A stretch of 64,000 nt of DNA from the human T2T-CHM13v2.0 reference genome, Homo sapiens, in assembly GCF_009914755.1 (NCBI RefSeq), contig NC_060927.1; one strand, written 5' to 3'. Positions within the stretch are counted from its first letter, which is position 1. Each line of letters starts with the position of its first letter. The notes beneath the pieces are model-generated. The model was not told the DNA's origin. It saw only the letters and a list, made by a program, of their open reading frames with translations, and ran no database searches. This document shows positions 21,511 through 43,008 of the stretch, piece after piece. The position numbers and the translations under genes were made by a program.

Positions 21511-21897
21511 CTACAAAAAATATGGAGAGCTTCTTAAGCGGTCAAAAATATTTTATATAGAAACAGAAAATGAATTCTTTTAGGATAACTCAATATGAAC
21601 CCACTAGGAGAACCAGCTGTTGTAATTTAGAAAATATTTACTTTAGAATTTAAATTCAAATTCAAATACTTACATTTTATTTTTTTTTAAGAGACAGGGT
21701 CTCACTTTGTTGCCCAGGCTGTTCTCAAACTCCTGAGCTCAAGTGATCCTGTCGCCTCGGCTTCCCAGAGTGCTGGGATTAAAGGCGTGAGCCATCATGC
21801 CCAGCCAGTACTCACTTTAGAATTAATGCAGATAGGCTGGGCGTGGTGGCTCACGCCTGTAATCCCAGCACTGTGGGAGGACGAGGTGGGTGGATCA

Positions 21898-22143
<246 letters not shown>

Positions 22144-22200
22144 TTAATGCAAATAAGGCTTTGGCAAGCAAGAGACTTTGTGATGAGATGTGTACTATAG

Positions 22201-22479
<279 letters not shown>

Positions 22480-22698
22480 TGATCCGCCCGCCTCGGCCTC
22501 CCAAAGTGCTGGGATTACAGGTGTGAGCCACTGTGCCCGGCCAAATTAATCCTTTTTTAAAAAAATAAATGAACCTAAGAAAATGTAATTGCTTTACAAT
22601 CCATTGTGGGAAACATACTAAGAAATTCAATTTTGCAATGACCAGTGGAAGCTCTCACAAAGCCACAGAATCCCACTGATTTCTCAATTGATACTCAC

Positions 22699-22848
22699 TG
22701 GAGTGCCCGAACTGCTGTCCACATCTCATCTTGGGCTGCTTGGCTTGCCAAAGCCTTACTATGATGTTCGAATTTCTGCATCAGGTTATCCTTGGTGAAG
22801 TCTAGTTCTTTGAACTGTGTTTCTAACGCTTGGAGTTTGTGGTCTACT
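22699..22848 (-). CDS. SMCO1: SMCO1 coding exon 2 (coiled coil)
   Basis: Acceptor cctacag|A and donor CA|gtgagt. Translates VDHKLQALETQFKELDFTKDNLMQKFEHHSKALASQAAQDEMWTAVRAL. Confidence 0.94.
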
Positions 22849-23615
22849 CTGTAGGATAACAGAATCAAGGGTTAGTTTAGGTTACAGGACAAAACTAAGG
22901 TTTTGATTTAAGCTGAGGCTCTAATACATTATTTACAACCATTACCAAATTTGGATAACTTTTTTTTTTTTACTTTTACTTTAAACTATGAAGGGAAAAT
23001 GGGTAGCTATTTGAATTTGAAAGTTTCAACAAATGGCTCCATTTGCCATTCCCTCTAGCCATCATCCTTGTCCTTTCATTCCATATATTGCAAACTTTTG
23101 AATTGTCTAATTATTTGAATTGCCTGTCGTGTCTTGTTTTTGTATTATACCTTATACTTTATGTATTTATTTATTTTCTAATACAGAGTCTCACTCTGTC
23201 ACCCAAACCGGAGTGCAGTGGCACAATCACTACCTCCCAGGCTCAAGTGATCTTCCCACCTCAGCCTCCCGAGTAGCTAGGACTACAGTTGTGTGCCACC
23301 ATACCTGGCTAATTTTTAAAAAATATTTTTTGTAGAGACCAGGTATTGCTATGTTTGGCTGGTCTTCAACACCTGGGCTCCAGTGATCCACCTGTCTTAG
23401 CCTCCCAAAGTACTGGGATTACAGCCATGAGCCACCATGCCCGGGCTATACCTTACGATTTAGAGAATATTTTATGTAAGCATTACTTTGGTGTTCACAG
23501 CAACCATAAAAAGTAAAGCAGTCATTTTTACTATTTTACTATTAAAGAAATTGAGTCTCAAGAGGATTGAGACCTAATGTCATAAAGTTAGCTAGTGCTG
23601 AGACCAGTATATAAT

Positions 23616-23764
23616 CTGGATCTCCTCGGCAGGAAAGTCAAGGGCCTTCACCCTTTGCTCCTATCTTCCGCCAGTCCCCTCACCCATCCTAGTCACCAAT
23701 TACATGAGACATCTAGTTGCTGCTTGAATACATTATGTGGTTCCAAGCTTACATATGGCTTATA
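23616..23764 (+). repeat. 149-bp dispersed duplication, copy A (partner 27489-27637)
   Basis: Direct comparison gives 149 bp with 5 substitutions and no indels. Confidence 0.95.
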
Positions 23765-24211
23765 CCCTATTTTCTACCCGATTCTAATTGTCCAACTCTT
23801 ATCCTTTCTTCCAGAATCAGCTCAAATCCACTGCCTTTTTGAATCCCCATCTACCTGGTGATCTCCTTGCCCCCCTGCGTCTCGCTTACAAGCACTGCCT
23901 CTGTGGACCCATCTCCCGCCTCCTGCTTTACTATTAGGGTTAGCCTTTCATGAACTAAACTACGTTCTTGGAGGGAAGGAATCAGAGACTATTTCTTAGA
24001 TACCTTTATGTCTGTCCCCCAATACCCAGCAAAGGTCTTGCACAGTAATAAAAGTTTCCCTGTATGATTGACATCTTTGATGAGAATGAAATGCTGAGTT
24101 CTGTAACCCAAAATGGGGATTTGAGTAGCTCCGAACAGCCATGATCATCAGAGGCTGCTGTGGCACCAGCATTATGTCTAATTAACCACAAAGACTGGAG
24201 CAACACAATTC

Positions 24212-25617
24212 ACTTGCCTGAGCCACCTAGATTGTCCTTATGAGGGAAACTTGCCTGGGCCACCTAGATTGTCATTATGAGGGAAATTTGCCTGGGCCGC
24301 CTAGATTGTCCTTATGAGGGAAACTTGCCTGAGCCGCCTAGATTGTCCTTATGAGGGAAACCTGCCTGGGCCACCTAGATTGTCTTTATGAGGGAAACTT
24401 GCCTGAGCCACCTAGATTGTCCTTATGAGGGAAACCTGCCTGGGCCACCTAGATTGTCCTTATGAGGGAAACTTGCCTGGGCCACCTAGATTGTCTTTAT
24501 GAGGGAAACTTGCCTGCGCCAAGTAGATTGTTGTTATGAGGGAAACCTGCCTGGGCCACCTAGATTGTCCTTATGAGGGAAACCTGCCTGGGCCACCTAG
24601 ATTGTCGTTATGAGGGAAACCTGCCTGGGCCACCTAGATTGTCCTTATGAGGGAAACCTGCCTGGGCCACCTAGATTGTCCTTATGAGGGAAACCTGCCT
24701 GAGCCACCTAGATTGTCCTTATGAGGGAAACCTGCCTGGGCCGCCTAGATTGTCCTTATGAGGGAAACCTGCCTGGGCCGCCTAGATTGTCCTTATGAGG
24801 GAAACCTGCCTGGGCCGCCTAGATTGTCCTTATGAGGGAAACCTGCCTGGGCCGCCTAGATTGTCCTTATGAGGGAAACCTGCCTGGGCCGCCTAGATTG
24901 TCCTTATGAGGGAAACCTGCCTGGGCCGCCTAGATTGTCGTTATGAGGGAAATCTGCCTGGGCCGCCTAGATTGTTGTTATGAGGGAAACCTGCCTGGGC
25001 TGCCTAGATTGTCTTTATGAGGGAAACTTGCCTGCGCCAAGTAGATTGTTGTTATGAGGGAAACCTGCCTGGGCCACCTAGATTGTCCTTATGAGGGAAA
25101 CCTGCCTGGGCCGCCTAGATTGTCGTTATGAGGGAAACCTGCCTGGGCCGCCTAGATTGTTGTTATGAGGGAAACCTGCCTGGGCTGCCTAGATTGTCTT
25201 TATGAGGGAAACTTGCCTGCGCCAAGTAGATTGTTGTTATGAGGGAAACCTGCCTGAGCCGCCTAGATTGTTGTTATGAGGGAAACCTGCCTCGGCCACC
25301 TACATTGTCCTTATGAGGGAAACTTGCCTGGGCTGCCTAGATTGTCCTTATGAGGGAAACCTGCCTGGGCCACCTAGATTGTCGTTATGAGGGAAACCTG
25401 CCTGAGCCACCTAGATTGTGGTTATGAGGGAAACTTGCCTGAGCCATGTAGATTGTGGTTATGAGGGAAACTTGCCTGGGCCGCCTAGATTGTGGTTATG
25501 AGGGAAACTTGCCTGGGCCGCCTAGATTGTCGTTATGAGGGAAACTTGCCTGGGCCAAGTAGATTGTTGTTATGAGGGAAACATGCCTGGGCCACCTAGA
25601 TTGTCGTTATGAGGGAA
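24212..25617. repeat. Minisatellite/VNTR, 38 x 37 bp, in SMCO1 intron 1
   Basis: Consensus unit ACCTGCCTGGGCCACCTAGATTGTCCTTATGAGGGAA. The 1406 bp equal 38 units exactly, with substitution variants only. Confidence 0.97.
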
Positions 25618-25742
25618 GTGATGCGTCAACACACATGCTACTTCTCTGAGCTTCCGTATCTCCAGTGACCTGAATACCTTTGTGACTGCCCAGCATTCTA
25701 TGCTTGATCATCTTTTATTCTTGGTCCTAAATTTCTCCCTAG

Positions 25743-25961
<219 letters not shown>

Positions 25962-26341
25962 TAATTTTTGTATTTTTAGTAGAGATGGGGTTTCACCATG
26001 TTGGCCAGGCTGGTCTCGAACTCCTGACCTCAGGCGATCCGCCCACCTCGGCCTCCCAAAGTTCTGGGATTACAGGCGTGAGCCACCGCACCCGGCCTAG
26101 AGATGTATTTTCAATATGTTTTGTGCATCTCCACAAAGATGGAGATGTCAAACTCAACTCTCCTAAGCTTAACCTACTAATACCTCCCCCATCTTCAGAA
26201 ATTACTATGAAGAAATGTTGTCACTGCTTTACACATAGATAAGACTCAGTATAAAATGTTCATTTTGTAGGAATAGAAGCCTGTGTGACCTGATATGCCT
26301 GTAATTTCTGTCTACAAGTCAAAACCATGTGATTTGAGCTA

Positions 26342-26473
<132 letters not shown>

Positions 26474-26808
26474 CTAGTGTGGTGGTGTGCACACTTGTGG
26501 TCCCAGCTACTGGGGAAGCTGAGGTATGAGAATTGCTTCAGCCCAGGAGTTCAAAGCTGCAGTGAGCTGTGATCATGCCACTGCACTCAGCTTGAGCAAC
26601 ACAGCAAGACCCTGTGTCAAAAAAAAAAAAAGAAAGTTGGCCGGGTGCAGTGGCTCACGCCTGTAATCCCAGCCATTTGGGAGGCCAAGGCAGGTGGATC
26701 ATGAGGTCAAGAGATCGAGACCATCCTGGCCAACATGGTAAAACCCCTTCTTTACTAAAAATACAAAAATTAGCCGGGTGTGGTGATGCACACCTGTAGT
26801 CCCAGTTA

Positions 26809-26962
<154 letters not shown>

Positions 26963-27488
26963 TTAACTTTTAGACCTTTAAGACTATATTGCTTATAGGT
27001 CATCTGTAGTTTGAAACTTAGGGAAGAAGTCTAGCTTGTCAATCAGTATAAAAATTTACAGTTGCAGCAGTTCTTTGGAATCCTCTCACCAAAGGACAGT
27101 CCGAGGCCGTTCCAGATAAATCTCAACCAACATGCAAATCTCAGCGCAGGCTGTTTTGTTTTGTTTTAGTACAGTTCCCTAGTTTCGTTAATGACCTCAC
27201 CATCCAATCAATTGCTTGAACTAGAAATCTCAGAATAATTCTCAACTTTTTTCTTCCCCTGATTTATGTCTCTCTAACCCATTCCTGCCTCTCCATCTCC
27301 ATCAAATGAGTTTCTCATCATCTTTCACTAGGACCCAAGATTACCGTAGCCTAACTGGACCCCCGTTTTCCATTTCCCATCCATCCTCCAGACACATTCT
27401 TCTAAAACACAATTCCGATTCTGTGACTCAACTGATTACAAATGGTTTATGTCATCCTGGCTTGCCCAGTGATATACTCAGAGGCAAA

Positions 27489-27637
27489 CTGGATCTCCTC
27501 AGCAGGAAAGTCAAGGGCCTTCACCCTTTGCTCCTGTCTTCCACCAGTCCCCTCACCCATCCTAGTTACCAATTACACGAGACATCTAGTTGCTGCTTGA
27601 ATACATTATGTGGTTCCAAGCTTACATATGGCTTATA
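27489..27637 (+). repeat. 149-bp dispersed duplication, copy B, in L2-like sequence
   Basis: Matches 23616-23764. Confidence 0.95.
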
Positions 27638-28019
27638 TGCAGTTTCCTCAGCCTAGAATGCCTTCCCATATTTTTCTCCCTCATAAGCTCCTACTTGCAC
27701 TTTAAGATCCAGCTTAAATGACCCTATATGAAGAGTTCCTTTTTCTAGTGTCAAAGGCAAAATTGGTTGATCCTCCCTTCATGTTCGCATAGACCTTTAG
27801 GAACATCACCATTGTAAGGTCAGTCACATTAAATTGTAAATGTTTTTCAAACTTTTCTCTTTCCTACAGGCTGTGAGCTCCTTGAGGGCAGAAACCACAT
27901 TTTACTTATTTTTGTAAATCTAGGATTTAGCATATGCATACATTCAATGGAGTTACAGCACCTGGGAGCAGACTTTTCTTTATTGTTAATTTACATAGGT
28001 TTGGGCCTGGAAGACTTAA

Positions 28020-28265
<246 letters not shown>

Positions 28266-28448
28266 TGATCCGCCCACCTCGGCCTCCCAGTGTGCTGGGA
28301 TTACAGGTGTGAGCCACCGCACCGGCCACAGAGACAGAATTCTAATGAGCATGTCTGCAGTTCTTTATTTCTATTCTTCATTCTTCTCTTACCCATCTTC
28401 CCAGAATAGCAGACCCATGCTTGCTCCCTCCCTATAGCCCTCAGCAAC

Positions 28449-28498
28449 CTTTTCATTGCCTCCTTCAAGGATATCAGGGTTGTGGTTTCATTGTTCAT
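28449..28498 (-). CDS. SMCO1: SMCO1 coding exon 1
   Basis: ATG at 28498 gives MNNETTTLISLKEAMK, then AG|gttgct. Phase 2 matches exon 2. Confidence 0.9.
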
Positions 28499-29006
28499 CT
28501 TCTGAAGGCAAAAGGAAAGAAAACAAAAACAAAGCAAAACAAAAAAAGCAATAAATGTTTGAATCCAGAATTTTCTGCGGTCTTCCTCTCAGCAACAGGC
28601 AGCAGTAGCAGGAGCGCTCAGTCTACATTCTGCCTGAAAGGTCACTCAGTACAAGAAGCTTTTAATAGCCTGCAGATCCAAATATAGTTTCAAAGAACTT
28701 ATCTCGTGGACACAGGTGTCCTGGAATGCACTATAACATTTGCCTTTGAAAACTGAACCATAGTACATTAACATACAGCAACAACCATGTATAATTAATG
28801 ACTGTGTACATTATGGTAAATGTATATACAGATACATTAACGTAACGTATAGGATTAAGTTTGATGGAAATATTACTGTCATATTTTAACTGCTTCATTA
28901 TTCAATTACAACCTAAATTAGGTTTGAAGAGTGCCCCAGATCTTTTATGATGATGATATCAAAGCAAAAAATCTAACTATCATTAGAAACTACTAAATAC
29001 TTGTTA

Positions 29007-29410
<404 letters not shown>

Positions 29411-30105
29411 GATTAGGAATTGAATATAAATGTGGAAATAAAATAGGACTGCTGTTTTCATGAGATTTAAAATCTAGTTGGGAAGAAAGAATATATCCTT
29501 AAATAGAAAATGTATATGGGATGTGTGCTAAGTAGATAGAGACCATAAAAATAATAGAAGGTGAGAGACTAAGTCACTGAAATCTTGGGTCCTTGGGGAG
29601 ATATTCACCCTGAAGGTGGTACTTGGCTTGGCCTTAAAGGTCAAGGTCTTTGATTATCAGAGAAGAGTGTTAAGGGTGTTACGAACTGGAGAAATTGTGT
29701 GAGCAAAATCACAGAGGTGGCAAAGTAAATGATGTGTTCAGGAAACAATGAGTAGGTATGTTTTGAGCAAAAGATTCATATAAGAAAAAGAAAATAACCA
29801 CACCATTTAAACTGGTAAGAGCCATGTCACGTATTTGTTCTTTCACTGAATACTTTATTCACTTATTCAATATTTACTGAGCATCATAGATATTAATTGA
29901 ATGTATAAAACCTACGAATGGATGAGCAGCACTATTCCAGGCACTGGTAATATAGTGATAAGTAAGGCGAAATCCTTGTCCTCAAGGAACATACTAGCAG
30001 GGAGACAGCACATAAGGCTTATAAGAGAGGGGATGCTTCTAGCTAGCTTGGTAAGGAGTTTGGACAGATGTGAGCTGTTGGTTCTAGAAGATTAATCTAG
30101 GCTCA

Positions 30106-30423
<318 letters not shown>

Positions 30424-30435
30424 CTAGCAGTGATA

Positions 30436-31749
<1,314 letters not shown>

Positions 31750-33312
31750 CGATGCTCAGCTAGTTTTTGTATTTTTAGTAGAGACGGGGTTTCGCCATGT
31801 TGGCCAGGCTGGTCTCTAACTCCTGACCTCAAGTGATCCACCTGCCTCAGCCTCCCAAAGTGCTGGAGACAAAGGACCCTGGCACAAGACAAAGGACCCT
31901 GGGTGTTTCCCTAGACAACGTAGCCATGTCATTTTTGGGGGCTCATCCGGAATCCCAAGGTACAACATTCAATGGAGCAGTGAGTAGAGGAGCGGACTCA
32001 AAATCTGTCCTTTCATTCCAAGGCTCTTGGTCTCCATTTTAAAATCTAATCAAATCAATAACAAGCATCCATCAGCCAGTTAAAGACACGGTTAGTGTGG
32101 CTGCCATTCTTAGAGACTTGGATGTCAGGCTTACTGGGGAGAACATGGAGACCCCCCCAATACCCATGGGTCACTGGGCACGTTGGCCATGCTTCAAATC
32201 AGCTTCCTTTCAACAAGGAAACCTAACCATCCCGTGAGGCCAGGAAAAGTTCTTAAGCAATTGAGAATTTCTGGCCAGTGCACACCCTTGTGTTATTCAA
32301 ATGCTTCTGGACTGGACTCAGCCTCCAATAGCCTGCCCAGGTGTTGGTAAAGGGTCCCCAGCTAGCCTGTTGCAAAATTTCCCTTCTTTTTCTATCTGCG
32401 ATCACTATGTCTCTTATTTTCTCTGTGTGTCAAATGTGAGGGAATTTTTGCAGCCCAGGGAAGTAATCCTGTTGGGGAAGATCAGGAAATGCTGTAGTAA
32501 CCATGGATGTAGTTCAGGATCTTGTGATCTTTTAGGAACAGAGGGCCTCCCCTTTCCCACACAGTGAGGTCACTCGCTACTAGTCCTCGTGCGAGCACGT
32601 GGTATATTTAAGCCAACAGCGCCACCTCGTGGAAATAGAAATCCCCTCTGTAAGACACGTTGGTCCACTGTAGCTTCCCAATTTTTCCATTTTGCAGCTT
32701 TCTTTATGCTGCTTCTGTGAATAGGAAAATTCTGCCCCAACAATTAGGAGTAAAATGTCCTCTGCAGCCAAATTTTAGTCCTGATACTGTCCCATCGGCA
32801 GGAAAATCGCCATTAGGTCCTTAAGTCCCTTTAAGGCACCTATTCTGTCTCCAATTAAAACAGTACTTAATTAGTAAGGGGATTTTAAGTCTGGAAGTTA
32901 ACCTGAACCATTTTCTAAGGGTAAATGCCCTAGTGCGGGCCATAATAGTAGCCAATCCAGCACATTCCCTCCGTTAAAGAAGCCTTGCCTTTTACATAGT
33001 TTTTCCCAAGATCCATTTTCCAGGGAGGCACACAGATCACACAAGTCTAGGAAATAAAAGGGGAACCACATGCAGAGAACTAGGATAGCATGGGTAGGCA
33101 TGACTAATCCCATCTTCTAGTTTCTCTGGTTCCATGGCTTGGAGAGTCACACCTACAACCACGGGCGGCACATTTAACAAGGTGCCAGGACCCAGGAACC
33201 AAGGAGGGAAAACAGTCGGGGGGGACGCTCCCACTGTCTTCTTCTCCACCCTGGGTCACACACCAAAAGGAAGGAGACTAAATGGATGGCTTTTTCTCAC
33301 TTCTCTTTCTAG

Positions 33313-35763
33313 ATGGGAAACAGACCATCTACGACCTGCACTCCTCTCAAGTGCATTCTAAAACGCTGGGACTTCTTCAACCTTGAGACTTTGAAGAAAA
33401 AGCACCTCATGTTATATTGCACAAGGGCATGGCCTTCTTACCATCCTGGGGACAGACAAACCCGCTGGAGGGAGCCTTGCTTTTAATATTATCCAAAAAT
33501 TCGATCTTTTCTGCAGACAGAAGGGCAAATGGTCTGAGGTCCCCTATGTACAGGCTTTCTCTGCCCTGTGAGACAACCCAGATCTTTACAAGTTTTGTAC
33601 AATGGACTCAGTTCTTTTAGCAGCCATGGCAGGCAAGCCCATAGGTAATAATTCCCCAGAGCTAAAGCAGATTCCAGAGGAGCAATCTGAGACAGCTATT
33701 GAATGTCCCAACCCTTCTAGTCCCCCTCATCCAGAACCCCCTCCAATCATGCCATCAGCTCCTCCAGCTCCACCATCTTCAATATCACCCACTTTGCCCA
33801 CTTCGCTCTTACCTCTGCAGGAAATGCCTGATGGAAATGGTGCTATGAAGCTTCATGTTCCCTTCTCATTACAGGATCTTAAGCAAATAAAGGGAGACAA
33901 GCCGATTTTCTGACGACCCCGATAGATATATAGAAACTTTCCAAAATTTAACTCAGGTGTTTGATCTCACGTGTTGCTCCTAAGTCAGACTCTCACCGCT
34001 GCTGAAAAGCAGGCAGTTCTTCAGGCAGCAGAAAAATATGGAGATGTGTGGGTGAAGGATTACCTAGGTGCTGAGACAAGAGACTGAAGGCACAAACTGT
34101 TTCAGTATAATAAAGAAAATAGTTAGAATAAGAATAGTTATAATACAAATTAGATATAGAGATGATCATGGATATTATCAATAATTAGTATAAACATTGT
34201 TAATCATTAGCTCTTAATATTGCTCTTTGTTGTATTACTAATATAGCCAAGGAATAACTGGCAGGTATAGGGTCAGGTGCTGAAGGGACATTGTGAGAAG
34301 TGACCTAGAAAGCACGAGGTGAGCCCTCTTGTCAACGCCTGCATAAGGGCCACTTGAGGGGTCCTGGGTCAAGCGGTAATGCCAGTGCCTGGGAAGGCAC
34401 CCATTACTTAGCAGACTGCAAAAAGGAGTCTCTCTTTCCTTGGAGGAGTCAGGGAACACTCTGCTCCACCAGCTTCTTGTGGGAGGCTGGATATTATCCA
34501 GGCCTGCCTGCAGTCATACAGAGGCCTAAACCCCTCACTGTGGTGCTGTGCTTCAATAGTCATGCTCCTTGTCCACTTTCATGTTCCTCCCGTACTCCGG
34601 GTTCCTCTTTGAAGTTTGTAGCAGATAGTGGTAGAAGAAAGAGTGAAAGTCTTAAAATCTTTGATCTGTCTTATAAGTGCACAGATGAAAACACTGACGT
34701 TTGCTGCCTTCTCTCTCTGCTTCGGCTACCTAAAAGGGAAGGGCCCCCTGTCCCATGATCACGTGACTTGCTTGACCTTATCAATCACTTGGACGACTCA
34801 CCCTCCTTACCCTGCTCCCTTGTCTTGTATGCAATAAATATCAGCATGCCCAATCATTTGAGGCCACTACGGGTCTTTGCGTCTTGGCGGTAGTGGTCCC
34901 CCGGGCCCAGCTGTTTTCTCTTTATCTCTTTGTCTTGTGTCTTTATTTCTTACTATCTTTCGTCTCCGTACATGGGGAGAATACCTGCTAAGCCCTGTGG
35001 GGTTGGACCCTACAGAGATAAGCAACATGTCTCCTATAGCAGACCAAAGAGAGAAAAAGGAAATAGGGAAGGTGAACTAAAAATGGAAACTCCATTCCCA
35101 CTAGGAAGAGAAGCAGTTCTGGCAGACAACCCTCATGGGAACCACAATAGCTCCGTCGATGAATGGAAAACGAAGCACTTTTAATGTGCATATTAGAGGC
35201 CTAAAAAAACCAGAGCCAAACCTCTTAATTACTGTAAACTATCTACGATAGACCAAAAACCAGATGAGAATCCCACAGCCTTTATGGAAAGGCTGAGAGA
35301 GACACTAACAAAACACACCTCTTTATCCCCTGATTTAGCTGAGGGACAGCTCATCCTGAAGGACAAGTTTATCACACAGGCATCTCCAGATATTAGAAGG
35401 AAACTACAGAAGCAATCTATAGGACCAAATAGCACCCAGGAAAACCTCCTGAATATAGCCACTTTGGTCTTTGATAATAGGGATCAGGAGGAGGCCCAAG
35501 AAAAAGAGAGGAAGCACAAGAGAAGGACAGAGGCTCTAGTGGCAGCATTGCAAGCTTGCAAAGTCCAGGATCCCCATGGTGCATCCACTAGCTGTTACTG
35601 ATGTGGCAAGTCAGGGCATTTTAAGAAGGAATGCCCAAACAGCAAGAAGAAGCCAGCTCAACCCTGTCCAGTCTGTGATGGAGACCACTGGAGATTGAAC
35701 TGCTCCCAGAGATGGAGGTCACTAGGTTCAGAACCAGTCTCACTGATGGTCCAGCAGGACTGA
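33313..35763 (+). pseudogene. ERV gag remnant (interrupted by LTR13, stops and frameshifts)
   Basis: Starts MGNRPS...TPLKCILKRWD. Proline-rich linker, major homology region QKPDENPTAFMERLRETL, zinc knuckle CY*CGKSGHFKKEC, ends QQD*. Confidence 0.88.
34047..35014 (+). mobile_element. LTR13(A)-like HERV-K solo LTR nested in gag
   Basis: 968 bp, TG...CA ends, 6-bp TSD gagatg/gagata, AATAAA at ~34833. The 5' end matches LTR13 as recalled. Confidence 0.85.
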
Positions 35764-38772
<3,009 letters not shown>

Positions 38773-38786
38773 AAGCTTTCTTTTAA

Positions 38787-39201
<415 letters not shown>

Positions 39202-40311
39202 TGATTCACCCGCCTTGGCCTCCCAAAGTGTTGGGATTACAGACATGAGCCACCACACCTGGGTTATTGTTGGATTTACTGAAGAAAAGGGGCAGGAGAA
39301 AAAAGTTAAATTACGACAAATCTCTAGGTCAATTAGAAGCCATATCTCTGGGATATTTTAAAAAATCAGTCTTACCGCTTCCGACTCTAAAAGTTAATGC
39401 CATTAGTAACAACAGCAGGAAAAATAAACCTGATAAAAACCAGCCCATTCATTTTGGCAAAAAAGCAGTTTAACTCAAAATACTTAGACCAAAGTATAAC
39501 ACTACGTACCCAAGGTGCCCCACCCACCAGCAAGAAGAGAAGAAATAATTGCTTTAAAAATCAAAATATGCGGCCAGGCGCCGTGGCTCACCCCTGTAGT
39601 CTCAGCACTTTGGGAGGCCAAGGCAGGCAGATTACCTGAGGTCGGGAGTTCAAGACTAGCCTGGCCAACATGGGGAAACCCTCTTTCTACTAAAAACACA
39701 AAAATTAGCCGGGCGTGGTGGCGCGTGCCTGTAGTCCCAGCTACCTCGGGAGGCTAAGGCAGGAGAATCGCCTAAACTCAGGAGACGGAGCTTGCAATGA
39801 GCCGAGATCCGCCACTGCACTCCAGCCTGGGCGACAGAGCAAGACTCTGTCTCCAAAATAATAATAATAATAATAAATATGCTCAGCATTTCTTCCAGAG
39901 ATAGCAACGGTGCTACTCCTGAGAGTGCTCGGAAGGACTAAAGCTGGAGTGAAGATAATGTCTAGGGATTGGTATCCCACAAAGGCTTTCAAAGCCCAAG
40001 GTACCACAAGCACACTAAACTCGTCTATGAATTAGAAAACAAGATATCACTGCTGCTTCTTTCTGTCTTTTGAAATGTACAATATTTTGTAGGCTCTGCC
40101 CTTCGATGTGAAAGCAGGACTAAGAAAAAACAACTAAGAGGGCCAGGCTCGGTGGCTCACGCCTGTAATCCCAGCACTTTGGGAGGCCGAGGCAGGCGGA
40201 TCATGAGGTCAAGAAATCAAGACCATCTGGCCAACATGGTGAAACCCTGTCTCTACTAAGAAAATACCAAAATTAGCCGGACGTGGTGGCAGGCGCCTGT
40301 AGTCCCAGCTA

Positions 40312-40482
<171 letters not shown>

Positions 40483-40620
40483 CTAAGAAATGTGAAATTA
40501 TTTGACACCCAAATTTTTAGAACCATTTATCTTAACTGTGAAATTAAACAGATCTACCTTCTCCTGCCTTCAGTCAAACCACCTCACAAAAATAAGAGAA
40601 CTGAAACAATCCAAACATGA

Positions 40621-40755
<135 letters not shown>

Positions 40756-40762
40756 TGAGTAG

Positions 40763-40948
<186 letters not shown>

Positions 40949-41109
40949 TAAAGTCCTTGAAAGTATTAAAACTTTGAAAAGAAAAGAAAGAAGGAAAAAC
41001 AAAAACATGGCAGTGCAGGAAAGCTTTACAAGAAAGAGGGGGTGAAAATCAATGGGCTTGTCTTTTTTTGTCAACAAGCAAGTGCAAGAAGGTTCATTTT
41101 GTGACTTGT

Positions 41110-42057
<948 letters not shown>

Positions 42058-42771
42058 CTTCTCCCGCTGCGGAGGCCGCATTTCCACTCAGGGCAGCGCC
42101 GCCGGGGTGGTTCCGCCCTGTCGGGCTCAGACCGGCCTGGGCGCCTCCGCGGGGAGCTGGGCGGTGGCGGGGGCCGCGGGAGTGGAGCCGGTCCGAGCCT
42201 CCAGGGGGCGCTGGCGGCCGCTTCCTCCATCCGCAGGCGGCTCCCGGCCACGCCCGTCGCTGAGCGTGAGGCGATGGCGGCCGAGCTCAGAACACTGGTC
42301 CCCGGAATGGAGAGCTGAGGGGACAGATCTAAGGGACATTTATAACTCCGCAGGGACTCCGGGGTGGGAGTCAGTCCGTCTCAGGTGCGTCTCCGGAAGA
42401 ACTTCGGCGTCCTCAGGGAATCAGTCCCTGCCCCAGTGAGAAAAACCTTGCTGGGTCCTCCCTGATCCCCGCCACTACTTTTTTCTCCTTAGCAAAATCC
42501 AGATATTGTTTGAGTATTGGGCAGCCACGTGCTTCAGGGGAAGCTGAGCCCCTTCCCAGTGTGAGAGTGGGGGGTGAGTCTTAGAATAAATCAATCACAG
42601 CAATTTTATTATTATTGCCGTTATCATTGGTTTAGGAACGGACAGGTGGCAGAATTCTGGCCCATGAAATATAAGAAGAGGCCCACTGTGGAGCTTCTGA
42701 GGCCGGGCACGGTGGCTCACGCCTGTAATCCCAGCACTTTGGGAGGCTGAGGCTGGCGGATCACGAGGTCA

Positions 42772-43008
<237 letters not shown>

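Noticed and set aside
24212-25617. CRISPR-like array (37-bp repeats)
   Set aside because: The units are head-to-tail with no unique spacers, there are no cas genes, and the context is a human intron. It is a minisatellite.
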